DNA from: Xanthobacteraceae bacterium
Lineage (GTDB): Bacteria; Pseudomonadota; Alphaproteobacteria; Rhizobiales; Xanthobacteraceae
Reading direction: 5' to 3'
Length of the DNA stretch: 64,000 nucleotides
NCBI GenBank assembly: GCA_035642635.1
Contig: DASQRX010000109.1
Location: forward strand, 4,115 to 68,114
Below, piece after piece: positions 19,383 through 30,938 of the stretch; the stretch's first letter is position 1; the number at the start of each line of letters is the position of its first letter. A program made the position numbers and the translations under genes. The notes under the pieces were generated by a model, which was not told the DNA's origin, made no database searches, and worked only from the letters and a program-made list of their open reading frames with translations.

Positions 19383-20606
19383 CTAGCGGCTGCTCGCCTC
19401 CATCTGCTGCAACACCGCAGCCGTCGGCCAGCAATCGACCTTCAGCCCGTTACCCTTCTGATAAGCGCCAAGCGCCGCGCGGGTCAGCATGCCGGCCTTG
19501 CCGTCGATCTTGTCGTTGTAATAGCCGCGTGCGGTGAGGATTTGCTGCATGCGGTCGAGGTCGGCGGTCGGCAGTTGCGCGACCTTGCCCCACGGGGTCT
19601 CAAAGGCTGCGTGCGGATCGGCGATCTTGTCGGCGAGATGGCCGACGAACAGGACATAAAGATCGGAGAAATTATATTCCTTGATGGCGAAATAGTTCTT
19701 GGTGGCGAGGAACGACGGCCCGTAGAGCCCGGCTGGCTGTAACAGCGAGGCCGGGTCCCTCGCCGACAGCGTGCGGCCGTAAGCGGGTACATAGCCGCGC
19801 TTGACCCAATCGCCGAGCGGCAGCGTATTTTGCCGCACGCCGATGGTGCAATCGACATCGGCCGGCGGACGAACCTCATAGGCCCAGTGCAGGCCAGGTT
19901 GCCAGCCTTTGTCGACAAGCTGCTTGGCAGCCGACGCGAGCGCGTCCGGCACCGAATTCCAGATATCGGCCTTGCCGTCGCCGTCGAAATCGACGGCATA
20001 TTTCAGATAATCCGACGGCAGAAATTGCGTGAGCCCCATGGCGCCGGCCCAGGAGCTCTTCATGTCGGCGAGCTTGACCTGGCCTTGCTGCAGGATTTTC
20101 AGGGCCAAGAGAAACTCGTTGAGGAATTGCTCCTTGCGCTTGCCGACATAGGCCTGCGTCGCCAAAACGCGGATGGCGTTGCGTTTGTCGGTCTGCCGGC
20201 CGTAATCGGTTTCGCGGCCGAAGATCGCGAGCAGGATCGTCGGCGGCGTGCCGAATTGGCGCTCGATGGCGGTGAGCGGCGCGCGGTATTGATCGTAGAG
20301 TTTGCGGCCGTCGGCGGCGAGCCGGTCGATCGCGGCTTCCTTGATGTAGTCGGCCGGCGTCTGCACGAATTCCGGCTGGCCCGCCGCGGGCTTTTCAGGC
20401 CGTCCCGGCAGCACCAGGTCGGGCAGCGTGAAGTCAGGCTCGAGCCCGCGCGTCGCCTCATCGAAAGTGGCACGCGAAATGCCGAGCGCCTGCGCCTGCG
20501 GCCATAGCGATTGCAGGAAGGTTTGGAACGCGGGATCGGCGGAGGCCGCGTGAGCGCAAAATACGCAACCCATCGCGACGACGCATAGCGCGCGCAGAAG
20601 ACTCAT
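19383..20606 (-). CDS. lytic murein transglycosylase with C-terminal peptidoglycan-binding domain
   Basis: It has a signal peptide, an MltB-like core (GAMGLTQFLPS) and a PG_binding_1-like tail (LTARGYYNDKIDGKAGMLTRAALGAYQ). Confidence 0.85.
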   Translation of the reverse strand: MSLLRALCVVAMGCVFCAHAASADPAFQTFLQSLWPQAQALGISRATFDEATRGLEPDFTLPDLVLPGRPEKPAAGQPEFVQTPADYIKEAAIDRLAADGRKLYDQYRAPLTAIERQFGTPPTILLAIFGRETDYGRQTDKRNAIRVLATQAYVGKRKEQFLNEFLLALKILQQGQVKLADMKSSWAGAMGLTQFLPSDYLKYAVDFDGDGKADIWNSVPDALASAAKQLVDKGWQPGLHWAYEVRPPADVDCTIGVRQNTLPLGDWVKRGYVPAYGRTLSARDPASLLQPAGLYGPSFLATKNYFAIKEYNFSDLYVLFVGHLADKIADPHAAFETPWGKVAQLPTADLDRMQQILTARGYYNDKIDGKAGMLTRAALGAYQKGNGLKVDCWPTAAVLQQMEASSR

Positions 20607-21373
20607 CGCACCGCTACGATGAACAGCCGCGGGAAACGCAGCAGCACCTTGCCGTCGTAGCGGGGCTTATAGGCCTCGACAATTTTCGCCGTGTAGGCGG
20701 CGAGGAATTTCTCGCGGTCGTCCCCGCCAAGCGGCGACAAGAACGGCTGCAGCGAGGAGCCCTTGAACCATTCGGTGATCGCCTGCGGCGTCGCCATCAC
20801 GTGATTATAGACGGTGTGCCAAATGTCGATATGCGAAGCGGCAGGCTTGAGCAGGTCGTAATAGTCCTCGGGCGACGGCAAGTCGTCGCGCGGCGCCGCC
20901 TTCACCTCCGGATGATCCTTCCACGGACCGCTCTCGCCCACCTCGCGCTGAAAGCGCAGCGCCGGCTCGCGGGTATTGTCGGGCATCTGGATCGCCAGCA
21001 CGCCGCCTTGCGGCATGTTTTCAAGAAGCCGGCGCATGATCGCAGGATGATCGGGCAGCCATTGCATCACCGCATTGCCGAAGATCAGGTCGGTGCGCGG
21101 GTCCGGCTTCCAGTCGGCGAGATCGGCCTCGACGAAAGAACAATTCGGCAGCCGTTCGCGCGCCTTGCGCAACATGTCCGGCGACGAGTCGAGGCCGACG
21201 ATTTGCGAATTCGGGTAGCGCTCGGCCAGAAGCTCGGTCGAATTGCCCGGCCCGCAACCGAGATCGACCACGAGATTGGGACGTTGCAGCGGCACCTGCG
21301 CCAGAAGATCGCGCGGCGGCCGCGTGCGTTCGTCCTCGAATTTGAGATATTGCCTGGCGCTCCAGTCTTCCAT
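20603..21373 (-). CDS. tam: trans-aconitate 2-methyltransferase
   Basis: Contains WSARQYLKFEDERTRP and motif I VVDLGCGPGNST. Confidence 0.8.
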   Translation of the reverse strand: MEDWSARQYLKFEDERTRPPRDLLAQVPLQRPNLVVDLGCGPGNSTELLAERYPNSQIVGLDSSPDMLRKARERLPNCSFVEADLADWKPDPRTDLIFGNAVMQWLPDHPAIMRRLLENMPQGGVLAIQMPDNTREPALRFQREVGESGPWKDHPEVKAAPRDDLPSPEDYYDLLKPAASHIDIWHTVYNHVMATPQAITEWFKGSSLQPFLSPLGGDDREKFLAAYTAKIVEAYKPRYDGKVLLRFPRLFIVAVR

Positions 21374-21467
21374 GACACGCTCTCTTTGACGGGATGCGAA
21401 CCTTTCTGTGCCGGACTTTCCGGCGCGATTCGGATAATCCTATCCCTCCTAGCAGGAGTTCTGGTCT

Positions 21468-21764
21468 GTGTCTTTTCGCAGCGTCGCCGTCGCTTTTCTT
21501 CTTGCCGCAAGCATTGCCGCACCAGCCGCGGCCCAATTCAAGAAGGATCTGCCGCCGGTCACTTGTGCGACCGTCGACAGCATCGGCATGGCCCAAATGT
21601 CAGCCGACGGCACCATCACGCTGCATTTGAAGTCGCTATGGCCGGACCCGTCCAACGATACCGACTTGACCTATGCGCCGGACGATCCGCAATATGATGA
21701 GATCAAAAAGCATCTCGGCGGGATGGCGCCCGGAGAATCCAAACCGATCCCGCCATTTTGTTAA
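21468..21764 (+). CDS. small secreted protein, unknown family (paralog A)
   Basis: GTG start, a signal peptide ending AAPAAAQ, and a mature ~70 aa region bracketed by Cys residues. It is clearly similar to the ORF at 23512-23814. Confidence 0.6.
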   Translation: MSFRSVAVAFLLAASIAAPAAAQFKKDLPPVTCATVDSIGMAQMSADGTITLHLKSLWPDPSNDTDLTYAPDDPQYDEIKKHLGGMAPGESKPIPPFC

Positions 21765-21765
21765 C

Positions 21766-21789
21766 AGCATGATCCCGAAGGATCATGCT
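21766..21789. repeat. short hairpin AGCATGATCC-CGAA-GGATCATGCT (mini copy of the CATGATCCCGAA repeat family)
   Basis: A perfect 10-bp inverted repeat directly after the stop of the small ORF. It may also act as a terminator. Confidence 0.45.
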
Positions 21790-21801
21790 CAAATTAACAA
21801 T

Positions 21802-23220
21802 CTAGCGCTCGGCTGAACCACGGGCGTTGAGAAACGCGACGGAGGCAATTTCTCTCGGCTCGCCGTGACTTGAATGGCCATGATTTGAATGACCATGGTA
21901 CGCTTGGCCGTGACCGGCCTGACCCTGATGCGACGGCTTTCGCGGCTTGTCGCCGCGGTGCCAGTGGCGCTCTTTGTTTTGCCCGGACTTTCCCGGTCCG
22001 TGACCGCTTTTGCCGCGATTGCCCGGAGCATGTTTGCCCGGAGCATGCGACCGGCTCGAAGTCTTCGCGGCGTGGGGTTCATCGCGCCCTGTATGACTGC
22101 GCTTATCCGTCACCGGGATCGAGATGCGGATGAGCTTCTCGATGTCGCGCAGGAATGCCGTCTCCTCGCCGTCACAGAGCGAGATTGCCACGCCTTCGGC
22201 GCCGGCGCGCGCGGTGCGGCCGATGCGATGCACGTAGGTTTCCGGCACGTTGGGCAGATCGAAATTGATGACGTGACTGACGCCGTCAACGTCGATGCCG
22301 CGCGCGGCGATGTCGGTCGCGACCAGCGTCTTGACCTTGCCGTCGCGGAAAGCGGACAGCGCCCGTTCGCGCTGGCCCTGCGATTTGTTGCCGTGGATCG
22401 CCTCGGCGGCGATGCCGGATTGCCCGAGCCGCCGCGCCACTTTGTCGGCGCCGTGCTTGGTGCGGGTGAAGATGAGAACGCGATCGATCGGCTCGCTCTG
22501 CAGCACCTCGACCAGGATCGAGGGCTTTGCGGCGCGGTCGACCCGGATCACGCGCTGCTCGACGCGGTCGGCCGTTGCGGCAACCGGCGTGACCGCGACC
22601 TTGGCGGGGTCGCGCAGCATTTGCGCCGCGAGTTCGGAAATAGCGCGCGGCATGGTCGCCGAGAACATCAGCGTCTGCCGTTGCACCGGGAGCTTCGCCA
22701 CGATTTTGCGGATGTCATTGATGAAACCCATGTCCAGCATGCGGTCGGCCTCGTCGAGCACGAAACACTCGACGCTGTCGAGACGGAGCGCATTGCCCCG
22801 AACGAGATCGAGCAGACGCCCGGGCGTCGCGACCAGAACGTCGACGCCGTTTAAGAGCGAACGCACTTGCGCGCCCATCGACACGCCGCCGATGGCGAGC
22901 GCCGAACGGATGCGCAGATGCCGGCCGTAGGTGCGGAAACTGTCGAGGATCTGGCCGGAGAGTTCGCGCGTCGGGCTCAACACCAAGACGCGGCAGGTTT
23001 TGCGCTCCGACATGCGCGGATTTTGCGAAAGACGATCGAGGATCGGCAGCGCGAAAGCGGCGGTCTTGCCGGTTCCGGTCTGCGCAATTCCGATCACGTC
23101 GCGCCCCGACATCGCGATCGGGATGGTCTGCGCCTGGATCGGGGTCGGGGTTTGGTATTTCTCTTCGGCAAGCGCTCGGGTGATCGCTGCGTTGAGATTA
23201 AAGTCGTTAAAGTTGGTCAA
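21802..23220 (-). CDS. rhlE: DEAD-box ATP-dependent RNA helicase (RhlE-like) with His/Gly-rich tail
   Basis: It has the Q-motif TPTPIQ, then AQTGTGKT, DEAD, SAT and HRIGRTARAG. The start is uncertain: TTG at 23220, with the ORF open to 23376. Confidence 0.85.
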   Translation of the reverse strand: MTNFNDFNLNAAITRALAEEKYQTPTPIQAQTIPIAMSGRDVIGIAQTGTGKTAAFALPILDRLSQNPRMSERKTCRVLVLSPTRELSGQILDSFRTYGRHLRIRSALAIGGVSMGAQVRSLLNGVDVLVATPGRLLDLVRGNALRLDSVECFVLDEADRMLDMGFINDIRKIVAKLPVQRQTLMFSATMPRAISELAAQMLRDPAKVAVTPVAATADRVEQRVIRVDRAAKPSILVEVLQSEPIDRVLIFTRTKHGADKVARRLGQSGIAAEAIHGNKSQGQRERALSAFRDGKVKTLVATDIAARGIDVDGVSHVINFDLPNVPETYVHRIGRTARAGAEGVAISLCDGEETAFLRDIEKLIRISIPVTDKRSHTGRDEPHAAKTSSRSHAPGKHAPGNRGKSGHGPGKSGQNKERHWHRGDKPRKPSHQGQAGHGQAYHGHSNHGHSSHGEPREIASVAFLNARGSAER

Positions 23221-23511
23221 AGAACAGTCTTTCTGTTGCGCGCCGCCGCGCCCGTTGCGCGATACGCTACGGCCGGCAGAGCGGGATAATAGGACACCCC
23301 GCGCGTTCTGGGCTGTCGATGAAAAGGGAAGATTGCGAGCCAGAAACCAATTAACGGGGATTAAGATCCCGTACACGCGGCTCGCTGCAGACCGAATCGG
23401 TCGCGCGGCTTATATGCGCTAACGATGTGTTCGTTTCAAGGCGCTTGATGCGCCTTATTTCAAGGCGGTCGAAAACCGTCGAGAATGTGGTCTCAAGCGA
23501 CAGGGTTGCGC

Positions 23512-23814
23512 ATGTCATTGCGGCAAATAGTTTGCACAGGGTTGGCTTCGGCGCTTCTCGCCGGTGCGGCGGCGGACAGAAACAGCCCGCCGATTCCTTG
23601 TGAAGCCGTCGACAGCGTCGGCTTAGCGACAATGTCCGCCGACGGTACCATCACGCTCGTGCTCCGCGCGTGGCCCAAACCGCCCGCCGAAAGCCGGCTC
23701 GTCTACATGCCCGGCGATTCACAATACGGCGACATCAAACGCCATCTCGGCGATATCGCGCCCGGCCAATCCAAAGAGGTGCCGCCGCTGTGCGGAACCA
23801 ATTCCGAGCCGTGA
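23512..23814 (+). CDS. small secreted protein, unknown family (paralog B)
   Basis: It has a signal-like N-terminus and a PPIPCEAVDSVGLATMSADGTITLVL...YGDIKRHLGDIAPGQSKEVPPLC core that is colinear with paralog A. Confidence 0.6.
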   Translation: MSLRQIVCTGLASALLAGAAADRNSPPIPCEAVDSVGLATMSADGTITLVLRAWPKPPAESRLVYMPGDSQYGDIKRHLGDIAPGQSKEVPPLCGTNSEP

Positions 23815-23820
23815 CAGGCA

Positions 23821-25473
<1,653 letters not shown>

Positions 25474-25631
25474 ATTGTGCCTAGGGCTTTTGGCGCCCTG
25501 CCCTCGATAAATACGCGCAACAGGCCGAATAATGTGCGCGATGCGCCGATGTGTGGAGGTTGCCGCTGATGTAACGACTGACTAGCTAAAGAGCAAGTTC
25601 TTAAGGTCAAGTCGCAGCCAGGGTCAATCGC

Positions 25632-26993
25632 GTGTTCACCGACCCCGATCTCGTTCCCTTCGAGCCGCCGCCGCAACCGCTCGGGCTTCGCGGGCTGCCG
25701 GTGATGTGGCGCAATTATATCGAGTCGATCCCGCGCGGCGCCTATGAGGACGGCGTCGTGCGCATCCACCGGCGCGGCGCCGACACCATTCTCGTCTGCG
25801 CGCCCGAACTGATCGGCGAAATGCTCGTCGAAAAGGCCGAGAAATTCGAGCGCGACGCCGTGACGCGACGGGCCTTTGCGCCGGCCATCGGGCGCAACTC
25901 GCTGTTTCTCGCCGAGGGCGCCGAGTGGCGCTGGCAGCGCCGCGCGGTGGCGCCGATCTTCCGGCACGAGGCACTGATGTCGTTCGTGCCGGTCTTTGCC
26001 GCGATGGCAGAACGCCAGGCCGAAGAATGGCGTGCCGCCCCGCGCGGCGAACCGGTGGACGCGGCGGCGGCCATGACCCGCACCACGTTCGACATTATTG
26101 TCGAAACCATGCTGGGCGGCTCGGCAAACCTCGACGCCGATCGCTACAGCCGCGCCATCAAGGACAGTTTCGCGACCATCCCGTGGCACCTTGTCTATGC
26201 GCAATTATCGCTGCCGGAATGGATGCCCTATCCGCACCGCCGCCGCGCCAAGCGGGCGCGCGATTTTCTGCACCAGGAAATCCGCCGCACCGTCGAGGCG
26301 CGCCGAGGCAGGAATGCGGCGCCGCCCGATCTGCTCGATCTCCTGCTCAAGGCGCGCGACCCGGAAAGCGGACGGACCATGACCGACGACGAGGTGACGA
26401 AAAATCTCATCACTTTCATCACCGCCGGCCATGAGACCACGTCAGTGGCGCTGACCTGGACGCTGTGGCTTTTGGCCAAAGACCAAGCCACCCAACAGCG
26501 TGTCCTCGACGAGGTCGCAGCCGTTGCCGGCAACGAACCGATCGGGCCTGAGCAGGTCGACGGCTTGTCGTTCTGCCGGCAAGTGATCCAGGAGGCGATG
26601 CGGCTGTTCCCGCCGGCGCCGGCGATTTCGCGTTTCGCCAAAACGGCGATGACCTTCGGCGGCATGGACATCGCCTGCGGTGCTCGGGTCCATATTCCGA
26701 TCTATGCGCTGCACCGCAATACGCGGCTATGGCCGACCCCGAACGCTTTCGACCCCGACCGTTTCGCACCTGACCTCGCCAAAACCTATTCGCGCTATGC
26801 GTTCATGCCGTTCGGCGGCGGACCACGCATCTGCATCGGCGCGAGCTTTGCCATGATCGAGGCTGCGGCGATCCTGGCGACATTGATCCGCGCGTTCCGT
26901 TTTCACCCGGTTCCCGGACACAAGCCAAAGCCCGTGGCGCGCGTCACGCTGCGGCCTCAAGGCGGCATGCCGTTGCTGGTGAGCCCGCGCTAA
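25632..26993 (+). CDS. cytochrome P450
   Basis: It has the haem-binding loop FGGGPRICIGASFA, the I-helix AGHETT and an ExxR motif. Confidence 0.85.
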   Translation: MFTDPDLVPFEPPPQPLGLRGLPVMWRNYIESIPRGAYEDGVVRIHRRGADTILVCAPELIGEMLVEKAEKFERDAVTRRAFAPAIGRNSLFLAEGAEWRWQRRAVAPIFRHEALMSFVPVFAAMAERQAEEWRAAPRGEPVDAAAAMTRTTFDIIVETMLGGSANLDADRYSRAIKDSFATIPWHLVYAQLSLPEWMPYPHRRRAKRARDFLHQEIRRTVEARRGRNAAPPDLLDLLLKARDPESGRTMTDDEVTKNLITFITAGHETTSVALTWTLWLLAKDQATQQRVLDEVAAVAGNEPIGPEQVDGLSFCRQVIQEAMRLFPPAPAISRFAKTAMTFGGMDIACGARVHIPIYALHRNTRLWPTPNAFDPDRFAPDLAKTYSRYAFMPFGGGPRICIGASFAMIEAAAILATLIRAFRFHPVPGHKPKPVARVTLRPQGGMPLLVSPR

Positions 26994-27240
26994 GGCGCGG
27001 TGTTTTCCGCAGATTCCGAAAGTTCCCGGTAAAGCTTCATAAAGGTTGACCACAATTGCGGCCCGGCCCTGCCGAAATCGCAACAAAATTTAATGATTTC
27101 TGGCGCAAAATAAATGTCAAACACACGTTTGAAAAAATGAACCTCAGCTGCGGGTCGGCTGACCCATAAGCAGAAGGCAAAAAATGGGGTGGAAGGCCAC
27201 GTCATAGGGCGAGCCCCCTAAGGAACTACGGGAGCGTGCC

Positions 27241-27444
27241 ATGTTGCGCCAATTCACAACGGTTCTTCGCGATCTGTGGCAGTCCTCAGGCGAAGCCGGC
27301 GGCGTTTACCGTCCCGACCTGCACTATATGCGCGGCCCCGGCCCGAAATGGCATGCCAAATACGGCCACCTCTATCCGAAGGGCCAGCCCGTGAGCGCGC
27401 CGCTCAATGCAGCGCTCAGCGACATCGCCGAACGTCACGCCTGA
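27241..27444 (+). CDS. small hypothetical protein (67 aa)
   Basis: An ATG preceded by GGGAG, with no overlap with a stronger gene. No recognisable domain. Confidence 0.35.
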   Translation: MLRQFTTVLRDLWQSSGEAGGVYRPDLHYMRGPGPKWHAKYGHLYPKGQPVSAPLNAALSDIAERHA

Positions 27445-27471
27445 GAAACCAAGCCCCGCGTCACATCTCTT

Positions 27472-27574
27472 CCGTCACCCTGAGGTGCGAGCGTAGCGAG
27501 CCTCGAAGGGCGACGGCCCAAATACCTCGGCCGTATCCTTCGAGGGCCGCTTCGCAGCCACCTCAGGATGACGG
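27472..27574. repeat. REP/MITE-like nested inverted repeat (~100 bp)
   Basis: The outer arms are CCGTCACCCTGAGGTG and CACCTCAGGATGACGG, with inner CCTCGAAGGG / CCTTCGAGGG arms. Confidence 0.55.
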
Positions 27575-27664
27575 ACGGCTTCTTTTCCAAGCCGCCATGC
27601 TTTAGAAGCACCCTACGGAACAAGCATTTCTGCATGAACCGATAAAGGTTGGGGTGGATCAGTC

Positions 27665-28621
27665 ATGGCGGTGCGCTGCGCAATTCTCGACGATTATCAA
27701 AATGTTGTCTTAAGCTCCGCCGATTGGTCCAAGGTCAAAGACGACATCGACATCAAGGTCTTTAACGAGCATCTCGGCGGCCCGGACAAAGTCATCGCGG
27801 CGCTTAAGGATTTTGGCATCATTGTCGCCATGCGCGAGCGCACCGGCTTCCCCAAAGCTGTGATCGAGGCGCTGCCCAATCTGAAGCTCCTCATCACCAC
27901 CGGCATGCGCAATGCCTCGATCGATACCGAGGCGGCAAAGGCGCGCGGCGTCGTGGTGTCCGGTACCGGCGCGTTCGGTAGCCCGACCTCGGGCGTTGCC
28001 ATCGGGCTGATGCTCGAACTGACGCGCCATATTGGCTACGAGAATGCGCGGCTGCATGCCGGCGCCACCTGGCAGACCACGATCGGGCCCGAGCTCGAAG
28101 GCTTGACGCTCGGCGTCCTCGGTCTCGGCAAGCTCGGCCAACGCACCGCCAATATCGCCAAGGCCTTCGGCATGAAGGTCATCGCCTGGAGCCAGAACCT
28201 GACGCTAGAGAAATGCGCCGAAGCTGGCGTCGGCTATGTCAGCAAGGACGATCTGTTCCGCCAGTCCGATTTCATCTCCATCCATGTCGTGCTGTCGCAG
28301 CGCTCGCGTGGCTTAGTCGGCGCCGCTGAGATCGGTCTGATGAAGCCTTCCGCCTATCTGATCAATACATCGCGCGGGCCGATCATTGACGAGGCGGCGA
28401 TGCTTTCTGCTTTGCGAGAAAAGAAAATCGCCGGCGCCGGCCTTGACGTGTTCGATGTCGAGCCGCTGCCGCTCGATCATCCGTTGCGCAAAATGGATAA
28501 TGTCGTCATCACCCCGCATCTCGGTTACGTCTCGACGCAGAACTACCGGCACTATTTCGCTGGCGTCGTCGAAGACATCCGCTCTTTCCTCGACGGCAAG
28601 CCGGTGCGGGTGATGACGTAG
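27665..28621 (+). CDS. D-isomer-specific 2-hydroxyacid dehydrogenase
   Basis: It has the NAD-binding motif GVLGLGKLG and a C-terminal catalytic region (INTSRGPIID, TPHLGY). Confidence 0.85.
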   Translation: MAVRCAILDDYQNVVLSSADWSKVKDDIDIKVFNEHLGGPDKVIAALKDFGIIVAMRERTGFPKAVIEALPNLKLLITTGMRNASIDTEAAKARGVVVSGTGAFGSPTSGVAIGLMLELTRHIGYENARLHAGATWQTTIGPELEGLTLGVLGLGKLGQRTANIAKAFGMKVIAWSQNLTLEKCAEAGVGYVSKDDLFRQSDFISIHVVLSQRSRGLVGAAEIGLMKPSAYLINTSRGPIIDEAAMLSALREKKIAGAGLDVFDVEPLPLDHPLRKMDNVVITPHLGYVSTQNYRHYFAGVVEDIRSFLDGKPVRVMT

Positions 28622-28670
28622 TTTCTCCTTCTCCCCGCTCGCGGGGAGAGGTGAATATCGGAGAAAATTC

Positions 28671-29681
28671 ATGGGCGCCGACACGCTCATCGATCTTTAC
28701 TGCCACATCTCGCCGGAGCGCTATCTCCAGGAGATGAACAAGACCGCGCCGAAGCTCGGCAATATCGCGGCGCGGCTGCGCGGGGTGACCAAGATCCACG
28801 ATCTCGACGCGCGGTTTCGCGAGATGGACGAGTTCGGCGATTACCGGCAGGTGATTTCGCTGCCCAATCCACCGATCGAGGATATCGCAACCGGCGGCGC
28901 CGGGCTGACGCTGGCGCGGGTCGCCAACGACGCGATGGCCGAGCTTTGCGTCAAACATCCAAACCGCTTCGCCGGCTTTGTCGCCGCCTTGTCGCTGACC
29001 GATGTCATGAGCTCGGTCGAAGAGGCGAAACGCGCAATCAATCAGCTCGGCGCGGTCGGCGTGCAGATTTTCACCCCGCTTGCCGGCCGGCCGCTCGACG
29101 AGCCGGCCTTCGAGCCGCTGTTCGCCGCCATGGCGCAGCTCGATCGGCCGATCTGGCTGCATCCGGCGCGCACCGCGACGCTGACCGATTATCCGGTCGA
29201 GCAGAAATCCCGCTTCGAAATGTGGTGGTGCTTCGGCTGGCCCTATGACACTTCGGTGGCGATGATGCGGCTTGTGTTCTCCGGCCTGTTCGACCGCTAT
29301 CCCAATCTGAAAATCGTCACCCACCATCTCGGCGGCATGATTCCTTATTACGACGGCCGCATCGGTCCCGGCCTCGACGTGCTCGGCGCGCGCACCTCGG
29401 ATGAGGATTATTCAAAGATCTTGCCCGCGCTGAAACGCCCGCATCTCGACTATCTGCGCGACTTCTACGCCGACACCGCGATGTTCGGCGGCGGCGTGCA
29501 TGCGCTGCGTTGCGGCTACGAGTTTTTTGGCGCCGACAAGGTGGTGTTCGCGACCGACACGCCGCTCGGCCCGATCAAGCCGGCGATTGCGGCTCTCAAG
29601 GCGCTGGATATTTGCGACAGCGACCGCCGCAAGATTTTTTCCGGCAATGCCGAGAGGCTGTTGCGCAAGACGTCCAACTAA
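28671..29681 (+). CDS. amidohydrolase_2 (ACMSD/decarboxylase-type) family protein
   Basis: The family-typical layout is present (FxxMDxxG, WLHP, VTHHLGG, FATDTP). The N-terminal metal motif is atypical (YCHI instead of HxH). Confidence 0.75.
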   Translation: MGADTLIDLYCHISPERYLQEMNKTAPKLGNIAARLRGVTKIHDLDARFREMDEFGDYRQVISLPNPPIEDIATGGAGLTLARVANDAMAELCVKHPNRFAGFVAALSLTDVMSSVEEAKRAINQLGAVGVQIFTPLAGRPLDEPAFEPLFAAMAQLDRPIWLHPARTATLTDYPVEQKSRFEMWWCFGWPYDTSVAMMRLVFSGLFDRYPNLKIVTHHLGGMIPYYDGRIGPGLDVLGARTSDEDYSKILPALKRPHLDYLRDFYADTAMFGGGVHALRCGYEFFGADKVVFATDTPLGPIKPAIAALKALDICDSDRRKIFSGNAERLLRKTSN

Positions 29682-29830
29682 GACGTCCAACTAGGGCGTG
29701 TGGAAACAGAGCGCTAGCCGGAGCCACCTAGTCTCCGTCATCTTTTGATAATAACGTTGCTCTGTTCGGTCCGTAGGCATGCCGGGTGATCTGCGGTCAT
29801 TGGCAATATCGCACACCCACAAGGGACCTC

Positions 29831-30852
29831 ATGAGAACGAAATACCACACTGCCTTGGCAGCCATTTTGATGCTTTTTGCCTCGAAGCTTTTTAGTCTTG
29901 GCGGCGGCGGCCCACGCCCAGGATAGCGCTACCTTCGACATGAAGCTGAGCACCGCGACGCTCAACGATACGCAGCACGAATGGCTTCGGCGATTTGCAG
30001 CGGCGGTGGCAAAGGATTCCGGCGGCCGGATCAAAGGCGAAGTGTTTCCGGCCAGTCAGCTCGGCTCAATTCCCCGGCAAATCGAAGGCACGCAATTCGA
30101 TTCAGGCCTGGATCGGGCCGCCGGAATTCCTGACCGGCGTCGACGCGCGCTATGAGACCTTGAGCGCGCCGGGGCTGTTTTCGAGCGTCGAGCAAGACTT
30201 GCGGGTGGTCAGCGATCCGCCGGTTCACGCATTGATGCTCGGTCTTGGGGCCAACAAGGGGCTAGAGGGAATAGCGATCTTTCCCACCGGACCGTCCGCA
30301 ATTGCCGCGCGCAAGCCGGTTCGTTATCTCGCCGACTACAGTGGCATGAAAATTCGCGTTCTGGCCTCGCCGTTCCAATTGGAAATGGTCAAGCGGATGG
30401 ATGCCTCGCCAGTGGCGATGTCGCTCGCCGATGTGCTGCCGGCGATCCAGCAAGGTGCCATCGACGGCGCGCTCGGCACCGTACCGGTGTTTGGTCCCCT
30501 GCATTATGTCGATACGGCGAAATACCTGATGGAGATCGGCCAGCCCTATGTGAACGTCATCGTCGTCATGAACAAGAAATGGCTCGAAGCCTTGCCGCCC
30601 GACTTGCAGAAAATCGTTCGCGATGATGCGACCGCAATCTCAACGGAGCTTGTGCCATTTTCAAATGACTTCTTCGAGGCGCAACGTAAGGAATGGACCC
30701 GCAAGGGCGGCGAGCTGGTCAGCCTTCCGGCCGACGAGCAGGCGGCATTCAACGCCAAGATTTCAACGATCGGCGATGATCTGTCGAAAGACAAACCGGA
30801 ATTGAATCAGGCGGTCGGCCTGGTCTTCGAATCGGCGAAGCGCAACAAATAG
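29831..30852 (+). pseudogene. TRAP-type (DctP-family) solute-binding protein with two frame disruptions
   Basis: A signal peptide follows the ATG at 29831 (RBS AAGGGA). The frame is lost at the T5 run at 29896-29900 and lost again at about 30100 (IEGTQF|IQAWIGPPEF). All three pieces join into one colinear DctP-like protein. Confidence 0.7.
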
Positions 30853-30938
30853 GCGCGTTCGGTCGCCGCCGAATCCAGGGGCGAGGGCGTGTACTCATAA
30901 ACGGGCCGTTCTCTTATTGGCCCCGTGGCGAACCACGC

